A stretch of 64,000 nt of DNA, taken from IMG/VR virus record IMGVR_UViG_3300035501_001483; one strand, written 5' to 3'. A model generated the notes under the pieces. It worked only from the letters and a program-made list of their open reading frames with translations, searched no databases and was not told the DNA's origin. A program made the position numbers and the translations under genes. Below, piece by piece: positions 30,748-40,739 of the stretch (position 1 is the first letter of the stretch; each line of letters starts with the position of its first letter). The DNA comes from a virus. Lineage: Duplodnaviria; Caudoviricetes.

Positions 30748-30904
30748 AGGTTGATTTTCCTCTCCTTCCCTCCGGTAGTCGGGTTTACCACACATGTTAA
30801 GGGGTGCATAGCGTCTTAGAGACCAGAGAATTGTGGACCCTTCACAATCCCTTAATCTCAAGGAGATGATATACGCTCCATTTTAATTGAAAGGAGAATG
30901 AACC

Positions 30905-32023
30905 ATGGCTCCTAGAAAGAAAGATGTACAGCATCCTGCGCAGTCTAGCTTCAGCAGCTTACTGTCGCAGTTTGTGGGGCAGAACGAGGGGCTCTCCACC
31001 TTCAATGATGCTGCCACTGGCCTTTCCATCAGTCCAGCAATGCTGCATGAGACGGAAAAGCCAGCCAAGAAGAAACCTTCTGCCAAGAAAGGCAGTTATG
31101 ATGATATTCTGCTGGATGATGAAAAGCCGCTGGGTGATCTGGACGATATCGGATCACTTCTTCCCGATGACGATGACTACGATGAGAGCTTTGATACCCT
31201 GATTGAAAATGCTTTCATGGAAGATGAAGACGTCACTATGCGCAATAACCTCATTCGCATGGGACGAAAGTACGCTGTCAAGGGTATGGAAGAGGCCACC
31301 GAATCTTCCGAGGTAAACCGTGCTTTCATCAAGCAAGAACAGGCGTTGGAAGCTTTGATGGATGAGATGGACGCTGGTGCTGCCGCGCTGGATCGCGATA
31401 TTGAGCAGCTTCGCATGTCTCGTACCAAGAGCTTCAAGGCGCTATCTGATATGGCAGCTGTCCGTGCTTCTCTCTATAATAGCAAGCTGAGTGTCATCAA
31501 AGAGATGAGCAACATCACCAAGACCAAGTACGATATCAATATCAAGCTCAAGAAGGATTCTAACGCCGAATCGGCTGACACAGGTATGGCAGCTACCCAA
31601 GCTGTCCAGCGCTTGCTGTCCATCGGACGCCAGAACCTCATGGCTGGTGAAGAGGAGTACGTGTCGATGGGCGATTCGCCTGCCGACGCGCACTTTGATG
31701 ATGGGCGCGCCGAGACGGCATTACATCTGGCCGCTGATATCCCTCCTGCCGAAACCGATGGAGATAAATTCATTGAGCATGAGGGAGAGGGCGTGGAATA
31801 CGTCGTGGACATCAATTCCGAGGACGACTCCAAGATGATTTACGCTGTCAATAAAGATGGCAAGATCGTCGAGGATTATCCCATGCCCAGCAATCAAGAT
31901 CAGCTGTCTTTCTCTTTGAATGAATTGGCCGGTGAAGCAACCGATCAGCTGCAGCGCCGGTACAGACTACGGAGAGATGGTCAAGATGTACTACCTCGTG
32001 GATTTGGCGAAGACGAACTTTGA
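30905..32023 (+). CDS. Hypothetical coiled-coil protein
   Basis: aaggag SD; 372 aa. Confidence 0.75.
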   Translation: MAPRKKDVQHPAQSSFSSLLSQFVGQNEGLSTFNDAATGLSISPAMLHETEKPAKKKPSAKKGSYDDILLDDEKPLGDLDDIGSLLPDDDDYDESFDTLIENAFMEDEDVTMRNNLIRMGRKYAVKGMEEATESSEVNRAFIKQEQALEALMDEMDAGAAALDRDIEQLRMSRTKSFKALSDMAAVRASLYNSKLSVIKEMSNITKTKYDINIKLKKDSNAESADTGMAATQAVQRLLSIGRQNLMAGEEEYVSMGDSPADAHFDDGRAETALHLAADIPPAETDGDKFIEHEGEGVEYVVDINSEDDSKMIYAVNKDGKIVEDYPMPSNQDQLSFSLNELAGEATDQLQRRYRLRRDGQDVLPRGFGEDEL

Positions 32024-32075
32024 TCCCTGAGATGCCTAAGAGCACCTACCTAGAAGACTAGGTAGGTGCTCTTTG

Positions 32076-32235
32076 AAGTCATTCAAGGAATGACTGTTTT
32101 CAGATTAAGCTTTTCAAATTTGGCCTTACAATCCCGAGTTTTCAAGGCGATTTTTAGGCTCGGAATCTGCGTAAATTTTTAAGCGGGTTTACCAGACGGG
32201 ACGGCGCACTCCGTGCGCCATTCTTTAGCACTTAA
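32076..32235 (+). repeat. Cassette 2 structured leader
   Basis: agtcattc-aag-gaatgact-gtt hairpin; 20-mer identical to cassette 4; ggcgcac-tcc-gtgcgcc hairpin before the ATG. Confidence 0.8.
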
Positions 32236-32706
32236 ATGGGTGCATGTGTTGGATTACAAACGGGTATCGCCGGCGCTGGGCTCAAATTATCACAAACTCT
32301 AAAATACAACACGACTGCACAATCGTCCATATCGGCTTGGCAAAGCATTACAATACAATCATTTGCATTTAATTCGTACTCATTTGCATTTGCTCAAATA
32401 TCGTTCCCAGCAATCACAGTTACGAAAGCATCTTGCGAATTTTATAAAGCAGCAACTCTCACATATCGTGAATGGATTAAATCTGATATTGGAACTGTGT
32501 ATATCAGCTACACTTCTAGTGGCGTAGACATAATCTCTAACAGTTCCTTTACAATCTCGGCTTTAAATCAAATTCTTCCATATAGTTCAACGTATACGTA
32601 TGGAATATCTGTAACACTCAGCAGTACAACGACAGTCGGAAGCTCGGCGTATATAACCTTTTCAATGCCGAGTGTGACATGCACCGTCAATATGTACAGC
32701 ATCTAG
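32236..32706 (+). CDS. Cassette 2 ORF: AT-rich S/T/Y-rich adhesin-like protein
   Basis: Atypical codon usage; no SD. Confidence 0.65.
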   Translation: MGACVGLQTGIAGAGLKLSQTLKYNTTAQSSISAWQSITIQSFAFNSYSFAFAQISFPAITVTKASCEFYKAATLTYREWIKSDIGTVYISYTSSGVDIISNSSFTISALNQILPYSSTYTYGISVTLSSTTTVGSSAYITFSMPSVTCTVNMYSI

Positions 32707-32748
32707 CAAAAAAGAAGCTACTACCGCAAGGTAGTAGCTTCTCTTAGC

Positions 32749-34503
32749 TCAATCTTCCTCTTTCTCGTGAATCTCAATGGGCATATACTTGAGATCCTCG
32801 GAATAGGAGTCGTGCTGTTTCTTGGTGTACTTGATGAAGCTGTCCAGGTCAGTCATGGCCCGAGCAGGGATCTTGGCGATCCAGCTGGTCTTCAGCTCCG
32901 GATACTCCTTCAGAACTTCAGGGTGTTCCTTGAGATACTCATAGAGCACTTTGACGTACTCATATTCCGCATCGCAGGGGTCGGGATTGGGATTGAAGAA
33001 GAACCGGTCATACAGCTTCACGAAGGGCACGAACGACCCGGACATACCAGGATCGCTGTTGGAACTGACATTCAGGTCCAGAATGCCCAGCTGACTGGGA
33101 TGCAGATAGCGATACTTGGCAGAGATCATCTTGGAAGAAGTCTCGCCCAGAGAGTTGGGACCCTTGGAGCTGTACATGAGATCCTGCAGGAACGTCATGT
33201 CGTTCACGATGTCGTCGCTCTTCACCACATCGGATAGGTTCTTCATACCAGAGAGGATGATGTCAGACGGGAAGTTAAACAGCTCCAGCAGCGTGTCCAT
33301 GGTATTCATCTTGGACTTACTCTTCTTTTCGATGAGCTTATTGATGTTCTCGGAGACTTTCTTGCCGAGAGAGGACATGACGATGTATTCGTTCTTACGA
33401 ACTCTTTTATTCATCATATCCATGTTATTGCGCGTCTTCAGGGTGTTGAAGTTCAGAATCATCCAATACAGGATGTAGTAGATATTCTGGGTATAGAACT
33501 CCGGCAGACGCAGATCCTTCTCGGAGACGTGGTCATAGAGGCGCTCGATCATGTGCAGCGTCGTATAGCCCTTATCCCGGAAAGACTGGATATTCTTATT
33601 CTTGATAGACCCGATGTAACCGATGCGGCACACCCAATACTCACGGTCCTCCAGGTCTTTCCACTCGACCGGGAAGTCCTTATTGGAGCAGTAAATGAGC
33701 ATGCAGACTACATGACGCACCAGGTCATACTTCTCCATCAAGGTGGTAGGCACTCTGATGAAGACGTTATCCATGGGGAAATAGGTATAGATGGACAGCA
33801 GGTCTTCATCGACACGATCTACCAGCTCAATGATTCCACCCATATCGAAGAACTCGATAGCTCTGTGCATGCCCATCTTGGCGGCAAAAATCATCATGGG
33901 GTTAATGAACTTGGTCTTTTTCTTCGCACCCCGCCGCTTGGTCTTCGTATCCAGAGCATAAGAGTGAGAGGTCAAGTTCCATTCCTTGCCGGTCGAATCA
34001 CACAGCAGACGATTCTTGGTCTGATAGATGATGATAGGCATGCGGGATTTAAAGGTAACTTTGCCTCTCTGCGTATAGGTGTTGGCGTCGCACAACTGCC
34101 AAATGGGCTTCCAATACTTGCTGTTGATCAGCATCATGCCGTCCTCTTCTTTGGGGAGCAAGATGTGCTTGGTGATGACTGCCTCATTCAAATTGGTGTG
34201 AATGCGGTACGTGAAGCGCATCTCGTAGAAGCGGGTATCGGCCACAAACTTATTCTTGGGAATCTCAATCTGGTCCAGATGCTTCTTCTTGAAGTTGATA
34301 TTGATCGTGTGCGCATTGTAGTCAACATCATCCTGGTCATAAATGGTCTCAATATTGAGAATTTCGATATTTTCTATTGTCTCGAAATCCCTCATCACCA
34401 TCGTGACCAATTCTTCCAAGGGGATGTCTTCCTTCGCGTAGATGAAGTCCTCATTGAACTCATCTACGGCAGGGTTTGGGTATTCGTGAATGTATTCAAG
34501 CAT
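32749..34503 (-). CDS. RNA polymerase beta N-terminal subunit
   Basis: YSSKGPNSLG...RYLHPSQLGILDLNVSSNSDPGMSG matches the beta fork-loop region. Confidence 0.85.
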   Translation of the reverse strand: MLEYIHEYPNPAVDEFNEDFIYAKEDIPLEELVTMVMRDFETIENIEILNIETIYDQDDVDYNAHTININFKKKHLDQIEIPKNKFVADTRFYEMRFTYRIHTNLNEAVITKHILLPKEEDGMMLINSKYWKPIWQLCDANTYTQRGKVTFKSRMPIIIYQTKNRLLCDSTGKEWNLTSHSYALDTKTKRRGAKKKTKFINPMMIFAAKMGMHRAIEFFDMGGIIELVDRVDEDLLSIYTYFPMDNVFIRVPTTLMEKYDLVRHVVCMLIYCSNKDFPVEWKDLEDREYWVCRIGYIGSIKNKNIQSFRDKGYTTLHMIERLYDHVSEKDLRLPEFYTQNIYYILYWMILNFNTLKTRNNMDMMNKRVRKNEYIVMSSLGKKVSENINKLIEKKSKSKMNTMDTLLELFNFPSDIILSGMKNLSDVVKSDDIVNDMTFLQDLMYSSKGPNSLGETSSKMISAKYRYLHPSQLGILDLNVSSNSDPGMSGSFVPFVKLYDRFFFNPNPDPCDAEYEYVKVLYEYLKEHPEVLKEYPELKTSWIAKIPARAMTDLDSFIKYTKKQHDSYSEDLKYMPIEIHEKEED

Positions 34504-34641
34504 GAAAATGAAACCACCCTTCCTTTAAACTAATACGATGATATCCGTACTTAGTTATTTAGGGGAGAGTACATCTTCAAGTGGAAAACTAATGGTTAGA
34601 AGACCTATCCCTAAGATATTCTGAAGGAAGGAGACTATACC

Positions 34642-35262
34642 ATGCTATCATCAGACATCAATTATCTCGATTTCAGGCAGTTCCCGCACATGGAGGTCAT
34701 TGGCATCACTAGCAAAGAGAAAGTGATTGCATTCAATCAAGGCCTCAAAGAACGGATCCTCGGTCTCCGCAGCGTGGAACTGGATAACATCATCAGCCAC
34801 TGCGACCATCGCATCTCTCTGATCAGACTGTGCCTGGCCGATGAACAGCTCACAAATCTCATGAGAGAAACACTGCCCAAATTTGCCACCGACCAGGGTC
34901 GCATTGCAATTGACGTCGAATTTCGCAAGCGCGAATTTCCCGGCCGTACGTACATTGAAGAATACGAAAAGTATGTCGTAGCCAAAATGCTGGTTGCATG
35001 TAAGCGCAATTCCAAATTTGGCCCGAAAACGGCTGGTCGATACCTCGACATGAAAGATTCCATCAATGATAATGATGGCGAAAGCTACTTTGAGTTCTAC
35101 GTCGATGACCCTGAAGCTGTTGCATGGTCAATGGAACAGCCGATCGTCTACTTACTCTGCATGGACTTGCTCTGCGGTGGCAATGGCGCCGGCTCAAGCT
35201 TTGCCAACGCAGCCAATGCTGGTCCTATCAGTAGTCGCTCCATGCAAAATATTATCGATTAA
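34642..35262 (+). CDS. Hypothetical protein
   Basis: SD; clean ORF. Confidence 0.7.
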   Translation: MLSSDINYLDFRQFPHMEVIGITSKEKVIAFNQGLKERILGLRSVELDNIISHCDHRISLIRLCLADEQLTNLMRETLPKFATDQGRIAIDVEFRKREFPGRTYIEEYEKYVVAKMLVACKRNSKFGPKTAGRYLDMKDSINDNDGESYFEFYVDDPEAVAWSMEQPIVYLLCMDLLCGGNGAGSSFANAANAGPISSRSMQNIID

Positions 35263-35273
35263 GGAGATCCATC

Positions 35274-35720
35274 ATGTACGATGCACTGAATGCCAAGAAT
35301 AACGACTTTGGAAATGAGGTCGTTGAACTTATCAAGAAAGCCTGGGTTCCCATCTGCCGCAAGGTGGAGAAAATGCCAATCGCCGAGGTCAACTTCTACG
35401 TGAAGGGCGATGGATTTGACACCATCTTCTCCAAATACCTGCAGGGCTATGAGAAAGGCTCTATGCTGGTCAACGTCAGAGCTGTCCGTAAAGACGTTCC
35501 CTATGCCGAAGGCTATGATCCCACGGCAACGTCTCTCTTTGACGCCAATGAGATGACCTTCTACTACAACGATGAACCCATCATGGCCGATTTTGAAGGG
35601 TCCGTGGGTGTAGACACAGACCTACCTTCATTATTGGCCATTTTGCAAGAATGCATTGTCCAGAACTCAGCAAATCCCGTCATGCAGACGGGTGATTCTA
35701 CGGAAAAAGAGCCCGAATGA
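35274..35720 (+). CDS. Hypothetical protein
   Basis: aaggag SD. Confidence 0.75.
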   Translation: MYDALNAKNNDFGNEVVELIKKAWVPICRKVEKMPIAEVNFYVKGDGFDTIFSKYLQGYEKGSMLVNVRAVRKDVPYAEGYDPTATSLFDANEMTFYYNDEPIMADFEGSVGVDTDLPSLLAILQECIVQNSANPVMQTGDSTEKEPE

Positions 35721-35771
35721 AATCAAAAAAAGAGAATGAATCATGTCGATTCATTCTCTTTCTTTTAGCCC

Positions 35772-36314
35772 TTAGATGCGAATCTCGTCGGGCATGGTAG
35801 ATGTCTTGCGATCAGGGTCCAGCGCTTTCAGCCGAATGTGCTTCAAGCGCCAGACAGTCACGCCGGGGTCACTCTTGACTTCCAGCAACTCCATCGTATA
35901 ATCTTGGCATTGCATGGTATAGCCATCGGTCAGCTCCTTCAGAGCCAACACGAAGTCATGATCGCCGCCCTCTTTCTTGGAAGCATCAAACTGCTCCTTG
36001 TTATTGGCAAAGAGCCGCAGCAGGATGACATCCTTGGCGTAGGGAGAGGTCTGACTTTCATCGTAGTCGACCTCCTGGTCGTCAAAGGTGAACATCATGC
36101 GATTGGGGATCTTATTCATGACCTCGGTGGGCATCTGCTCAAAGAGGGAGTAGATGGCGTCCTCCGGTGTCATGGAGAATGTGTCTGTGCTTGTGTCCAC
36201 AATCATGTCAGGGTCCTGCTCGGGGAAGCAGAACGCCTTATAGAAGAAGTCCGATTTTTCATTGATGACGAGCTCCCCAAACTCTTTCTTCACTTTCTTA
36301 TAGTGCGCCATCAA
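35772..36314 (-). CDS. Hypothetical protein
   Basis: Overlaps the stop of the upstream gene. Confidence 0.7.
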   Translation of the reverse strand: MMAHYKKVKKEFGELVINEKSDFFYKAFCFPEQDPDMIVDTSTDTFSMTPEDAIYSLFEQMPTEVMNKIPNRMMFTFDDQEVDYDESQTSPYAKDVILLRLFANNKEQFDASKKEGGDHDFVLALKELTDGYTMQCQDYTMELLEVKSDPGVTVWRLKHIRLKALDPDRKTSTMPDEIRI

Positions 36315-37057
36315 TCGTCATCTCCTTCATCTTCGCTCTCGGTGACCCAGTCGTCCTTGATCAGGAGCTTGGCCTGGAAGCCGGGCAGCATCTTGATCGT
36401 GAACTGCTCATGGGTCAAATCCGGATTATCCGCGTTTTGCACAATGTCCAGGGCACAATGTGCTTCAAACATCTCCAGGAAGTTGATCATGGCGGAGCTG
36501 ACGCCGTTATCATGCGCCACTTTGGCCATCATCTTCAGCGTCCTGAAGAAATAATTGAAGTAGCAGAATGCCACCAGCGTGTAGTTGTGGATGTTGGAGC
36601 TCATCATCCGGTGCTTCTTCTCCAGGATGACGTTGCACTCCTTCTCGACTTGCTCGATGATGGTGCCCTTCCACATCTCTGGCGTGATAACTGGGCAATA
36701 ATCCCGGTCCACAATCTCAGCGACGAGCTTGCCGGGCACGAATTTGACATTGATATTGCCGTCCTTGTCGGCATCATCGTTCTCCCGATTCTCGGAGCTG
36801 ATCGTAAACAGATCCAGGAAGTTGATGCTGGACTCACCACGGTTCTCCCGCATGAGGCGGACCAGCGTCCGAATGATGCCTTCGACGTAGACGCAGGCGA
36901 TGGTCGTCGTATAACCCGGATTCAGTCTGATCTTGTAATCAGAGATCAGGTTGTTACGGCAGACCTGCTCAATCTTTTCAGTGACAGCTCTTTGCGCCGG
37001 ATCCGATGGGGTGATCAGATAGTGCTGGCGCTCAGCATTCAAATCATTCATTGCCAT
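36311..37057 (-). CDS. Tandem HU/IHF-like DNA-binding protein (putative)
   Basis: Two internal repeats: INFLDLF...VKFVPGKLV and INFLEMF...IKMLPGFQAK. Confidence 0.5.
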   Translation of the reverse strand: MAMNDLNAERQHYLITPSDPAQRAVTEKIEQVCRNNLISDYKIRLNPGYTTTIACVYVEGIIRTLVRLMRENRGESSINFLDLFTISSENRENDDADKDGNINVKFVPGKLVAEIVDRDYCPVITPEMWKGTIIEQVEKECNVILEKKHRMMSSNIHNYTLVAFCYFNYFFRTLKMMAKVAHDNGVSSAMINFLEMFEAHCALDIVQNADNPDLTHEQFTIKMLPGFQAKLLIKDDWVTESEDEGDDD

Positions 37058-37168
37058 ATTGATTTTCTCCTTTGCTTTCTAAAAGTTATGTGCATTGTGA
37101 GGGAGCCCATCGATCTTTAAATCAACAGACTCCCTCACAGTATGCCGTGGTAATGATATGCGGGTCAA

Positions 37169-39325
37169 TCAGACCTTGTAGTACTTTACGTGTTTCCTGA
37201 TATCCTTCATCAGAGAATAGCGAGAATACTCAATGTCTTTCTGCTCGAGCTCCACTGCCCGCATCTTAAGCTCTTCCACCAGAGCGTCCATTTCGCCCAC
37301 ATGAATGAGCGGGACATCTTTGGCAATGGCCTTCTTGGCATTATTGCTGGTGATGTCTCCAGCATACACACATGCGACCGTGTCCTTGGTGACTCGGTCA
37401 TTGGCCGGAAATCCGATCTCTTTGAAGATCTCGGCATATTCCTTATTGCGGAATCCCGTAAAGCAGACCGTGCCATAGATGATCTTGTCGTCCACGATGC
37501 GCATGTGATCTTGCAGGAACTGAATCAAGTCTCGATTTTCATTGAGCCAATCTGCAAAGACCTGCGCCGTCGTCATGCCAACACTTCTGGTCTCCAACAG
37601 GCACATCTCGACCCGGCTCTTCTTCATGCTCAACAGATAATCCAGCGTTACATCGCTGAAGATATTCTGGCAGAGACGCTTGCCGATGTTGTCGATGCCC
37701 AGTGAGCCAATGACCTGAGAGACTTCAAATTCTCTGGTTCGCAATTGCTTCAGGCCATTCATGAGCTTGTCAGTCTCGATACGACTTCCCAGGACATCAA
37801 CGACCTTATCATACTTAGTCTCCAGGTCGAAAAGATCTTCGATGGTCTCTACCAGGCCCGCATCGACCAACGCATAGAATGTCTGGTCTCTGAAACCCTC
37901 TGCAACGTCCATCTTGTCCAAGAAATTGGCAATTTTACCAGATAAGACACGAGGACATCTCGGATTGAGACAGAAATAGTCCGCTCCATTGGCGGTCTTG
38001 GGCCGCAGCTTCTTGCCACAGTATGGGCATTTGATGTCCATCTGCAGCCTCTTGGCGCCCTTGGGATAGACCCGAGGCTCCGGCAGACGCATTTGCGGAA
38101 TGACATCGCCCGCTGCATAGATAATGACTTCTTCTCCTTCATGAAGGCACAGAGAGCTGAAACGTGCCATGGAGCCCAACGCCACATCTTTGACGATGGT
38201 TTCATTGACTTCCACAGGCTCCACATGAAGCATCGGCATCGCCATGCCCAGTCGACCGACCGACATGTAGATGTAGTCGATCTTGGTGCGATTCTCCTGG
38301 GTGTTGACCTTGTAGGCCAGGCAATGTGCCATCAGGTCTGTCGTGTTGGGCTCTTCATCAAAGGTACGAATGGGGAAGAGCACCACGCCATCTACCCGAA
38401 TGGGATAGTCAGAAGACCGGATGTGTGCTAGGACTCGCTCGATGTTCTCATAGACGATGTCCAGGTCGAAGCATTCCGGATGCTCTACCAGGCCGTCGGC
38501 ATACTGCCAGGCCAGATACTTCATCTTGTGGCCATCGAAGTTGACCCAAGCCAACGGAATCACCGACAGATACTCGGCATAGGCCACGTTGGACGGATTG
38601 GAAATGATGGCCGACGTCGCAGAGCGGCGATTTTTATACTCCTTATTTTTAACCAGCTCTTCAAAGTCCTGACTAGAGACCACAACTTCGCATTTATAAT
38701 AGCCATCCGGAAGCTCGGAATTGAAGGTTTTCTTTCTTCGATTCATTCGCCGGATGACTTCTGTGATGTCCTGGCCTTCTACGCCATCATTTCGGGTAAC
38801 TGCGCGTTCGATGTGCCCGTTGCGGAGCGTGATACAGGTAGACACGCCATCGAACTTGGGCGCATACAGGATCCGCTTGTAGCCGTCAGCACGCATAGCA
38901 TGTAAATAAGCATCCAGCGTGTCCAGGTCATAGACCTTTCTGCTGATGGTGCCTACCATGAATGGCGCTTCATGCTTCACAAAGGGCCAAAGTGTGGTCG
39001 ACATGATATAGTCGGAGTACACCAGTCTTGCCGACCCGGTCAAATTGCAGAAGATCGTCATGCACTGATCGTACGTGTAATCAGGAACGAGCACCACGCC
39101 GTCATCGCTGTAGGTGTAGACATCCAGACAGATCATCAGATAATCCTCCAGAGTGTCCCGCAGATTCTGGTCGATGCCTTTCCCTGCACGATCTTGGTCG
39201 ATCAATGTCATGGCATAAGCCATGAAGTCGTCATGTTTCTCTTCCACTTCTTTGACCTGCATCGTTCCTTTGCAGATCTTCTTTCTAATGGAGGGTATGC
39301 TTTGTACGAATTTTCGTTCAACCAT
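37169..39325 (-). CDS. ligA: NAD-dependent DNA ligase
   Basis: KFDG adenylation motif, TRNDGVEG, DGVV, AGDVIP, Cys4 zinc finger, HhH and BRCT (VCFTG). Confidence 0.93.
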   Translation of the reverse strand: MVERKFVQSIPSIRKKICKGTMQVKEVEEKHDDFMAYAMTLIDQDRAGKGIDQNLRDTLEDYLMICLDVYTYSDDGVVLVPDYTYDQCMTIFCNLTGSARLVYSDYIMSTTLWPFVKHEAPFMVGTISRKVYDLDTLDAYLHAMRADGYKRILYAPKFDGVSTCITLRNGHIERAVTRNDGVEGQDITEVIRRMNRRKKTFNSELPDGYYKCEVVVSSQDFEELVKNKEYKNRRSATSAIISNPSNVAYAEYLSVIPLAWVNFDGHKMKYLAWQYADGLVEHPECFDLDIVYENIERVLAHIRSSDYPIRVDGVVLFPIRTFDEEPNTTDLMAHCLAYKVNTQENRTKIDYIYMSVGRLGMAMPMLHVEPVEVNETIVKDVALGSMARFSSLCLHEGEEVIIYAAGDVIPQMRLPEPRVYPKGAKRLQMDIKCPYCGKKLRPKTANGADYFCLNPRCPRVLSGKIANFLDKMDVAEGFRDQTFYALVDAGLVETIEDLFDLETKYDKVVDVLGSRIETDKLMNGLKQLRTREFEVSQVIGSLGIDNIGKRLCQNIFSDVTLDYLLSMKKSRVEMCLLETRSVGMTTAQVFADWLNENRDLIQFLQDHMRIVDDKIIYGTVCFTGFRNKEYAEIFKEIGFPANDRVTKDTVACVYAGDITSNNAKKAIAKDVPLIHVGEMDALVEELKMRAVELEQKDIEYSRYSLMKDIRKHVKYYKV

Positions 39326-39489
39326 GTCCTTTATCCTTCCTTTCTGGAATTTTTCTCCAAAGAAATAATATGTTTTTACGAATTGTGAATGATTATGTAG
39401 CATTCCACATCCGCTTAATATTGATTAGAAGATTGAAGAGGGAAGCAATCTGTTATCTTTAGCAATTTTAAGAAGGGACTGATTAGTTT

Positions 39490-39894
39490 ATGATTCTCTA
39501 TAGGGTGAACATCCCAAAGCAGTCGACATATGCGGCTGTGGATGGAAAATACTATGATGCCGTGTGGGTTGAGGCCAATAACCCCAATACCGCCGTGTTG
39601 GACGCCATTCGCTGGTACGATCTCTTCATTGGAAAGAGAGATCGTACCGCTCGAGAAAAACCTGCCGCCTTTATGGCACCTCCCACTGTTCGTTTGAGTC
39701 CCGATGAAATCAGGCTTCATCAATACAATGTCTGGTATGCCGTGGATGGCTTCAAGAAGCTCGACAAGATCGCGGTCTTTGCCTATGGACGCAATAAGGA
39801 TGACGCTGTTCGTATCGCACTGGAATATGGACGTTACGGTGTCTCTCGACACCATGTGACAGGATTATCTTACGTAGAAAGGGCTGCTGACTGA
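39490..39894 (+). CDS. Hypothetical protein
   Basis: First gene of a plus-strand operon. Confidence 0.65.
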   Translation: MILYRVNIPKQSTYAAVDGKYYDAVWVEANNPNTAVLDAIRWYDLFIGKRDRTAREKPAAFMAPPTVRLSPDEIRLHQYNVWYAVDGFKKLDKIAVFAYGRNKDDAVRIALEYGRYGVSRHHVTGLSYVERAAD

Positions 39895-39895
39895 C

Positions 39896-40717
39896 ATGAA
39901 CTCCAAACTATCCAAAGATCAATACTACCTTGGCATCGCAGAAGCGGTTGCCATCAAATCCACCTGTTTGCGGCGCAAGTATGGCGCCATCATCGTCAAG
40001 AATGACGAGATTATCTCTACGGGTTACAATGGAAGTCCTCGTGGCTGTATGAACTGCGCAGAGACGGGATGCATGAGAGAAGCCATCGGAATTGGCAAAG
40101 GCGACGCTTACAACCTCTGCGTCTCCGTCCACGCTGAGCAGAATGCCATCATCTCGGCAAGTCGTCGGGACATGATTGGCTCCACCATTTACATTGTGGG
40201 CCTCAATGCCAAAGAAGAGCTGACGGCCAAAGCGCGTTATGCGGACCCATCACCCTGCCTGCTGTGTCATCGCATGATCATCAATGCCGGCATCACCAAA
40301 GCTGTGGGCATGGTCACCGATGAACTTGGCCAGGATAAAGGTATCTACATCGACATTACCCAGGAACGTTTCATGGAACGCATGCAAGCAGAATACACCA
40401 AGACCATCAATAAGATGGAAATGGACATGGCTGACCCTAAAGTCATTGAGAATGCCAAAAAGCTGGTGCAGATCCGCTCTCAAATGATTGAGAAGACTTA
40501 TCATCCGGATTACAGCGATCCCAATGTGCTGGCGGCTATGCAAATCTGCGCATTCCGTACCAAGGACAGAAAGTGCTCCGCCTTTAGATGCTCCGTGAAG
40601 CCCGATGGGGAATGTGTCAGCAAAGAATACTTCGACTGTATCGCTCGCCAGTGCCCCATCATCAATAAGGACATGCTGGGCGATGCGACGCTGACTTTGG
40701 AAGATCACGCAAATTAA
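39896..40717 (+). CDS. dCMP deaminase with Cys-rich C-terminal extension
   Basis: STCLRR, GYNG, HAEQNA, PCLLC. Confidence 0.9.
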   Translation: MNSKLSKDQYYLGIAEAVAIKSTCLRRKYGAIIVKNDEIISTGYNGSPRGCMNCAETGCMREAIGIGKGDAYNLCVSVHAEQNAIISASRRDMIGSTIYIVGLNAKEELTAKARYADPSPCLLCHRMIINAGITKAVGMVTDELGQDKGIYIDITQERFMERMQAEYTKTINKMEMDMADPKVIENAKKLVQIRSQMIEKTYHPDYSDPNVLAAMQICAFRTKDRKCSAFRCSVKPDGECVSKEYFDCIARQCPIINKDMLGDATLTLEDHAN

Positions 40718-40739
40718 CATCGAGTGAGGTATAAACACT

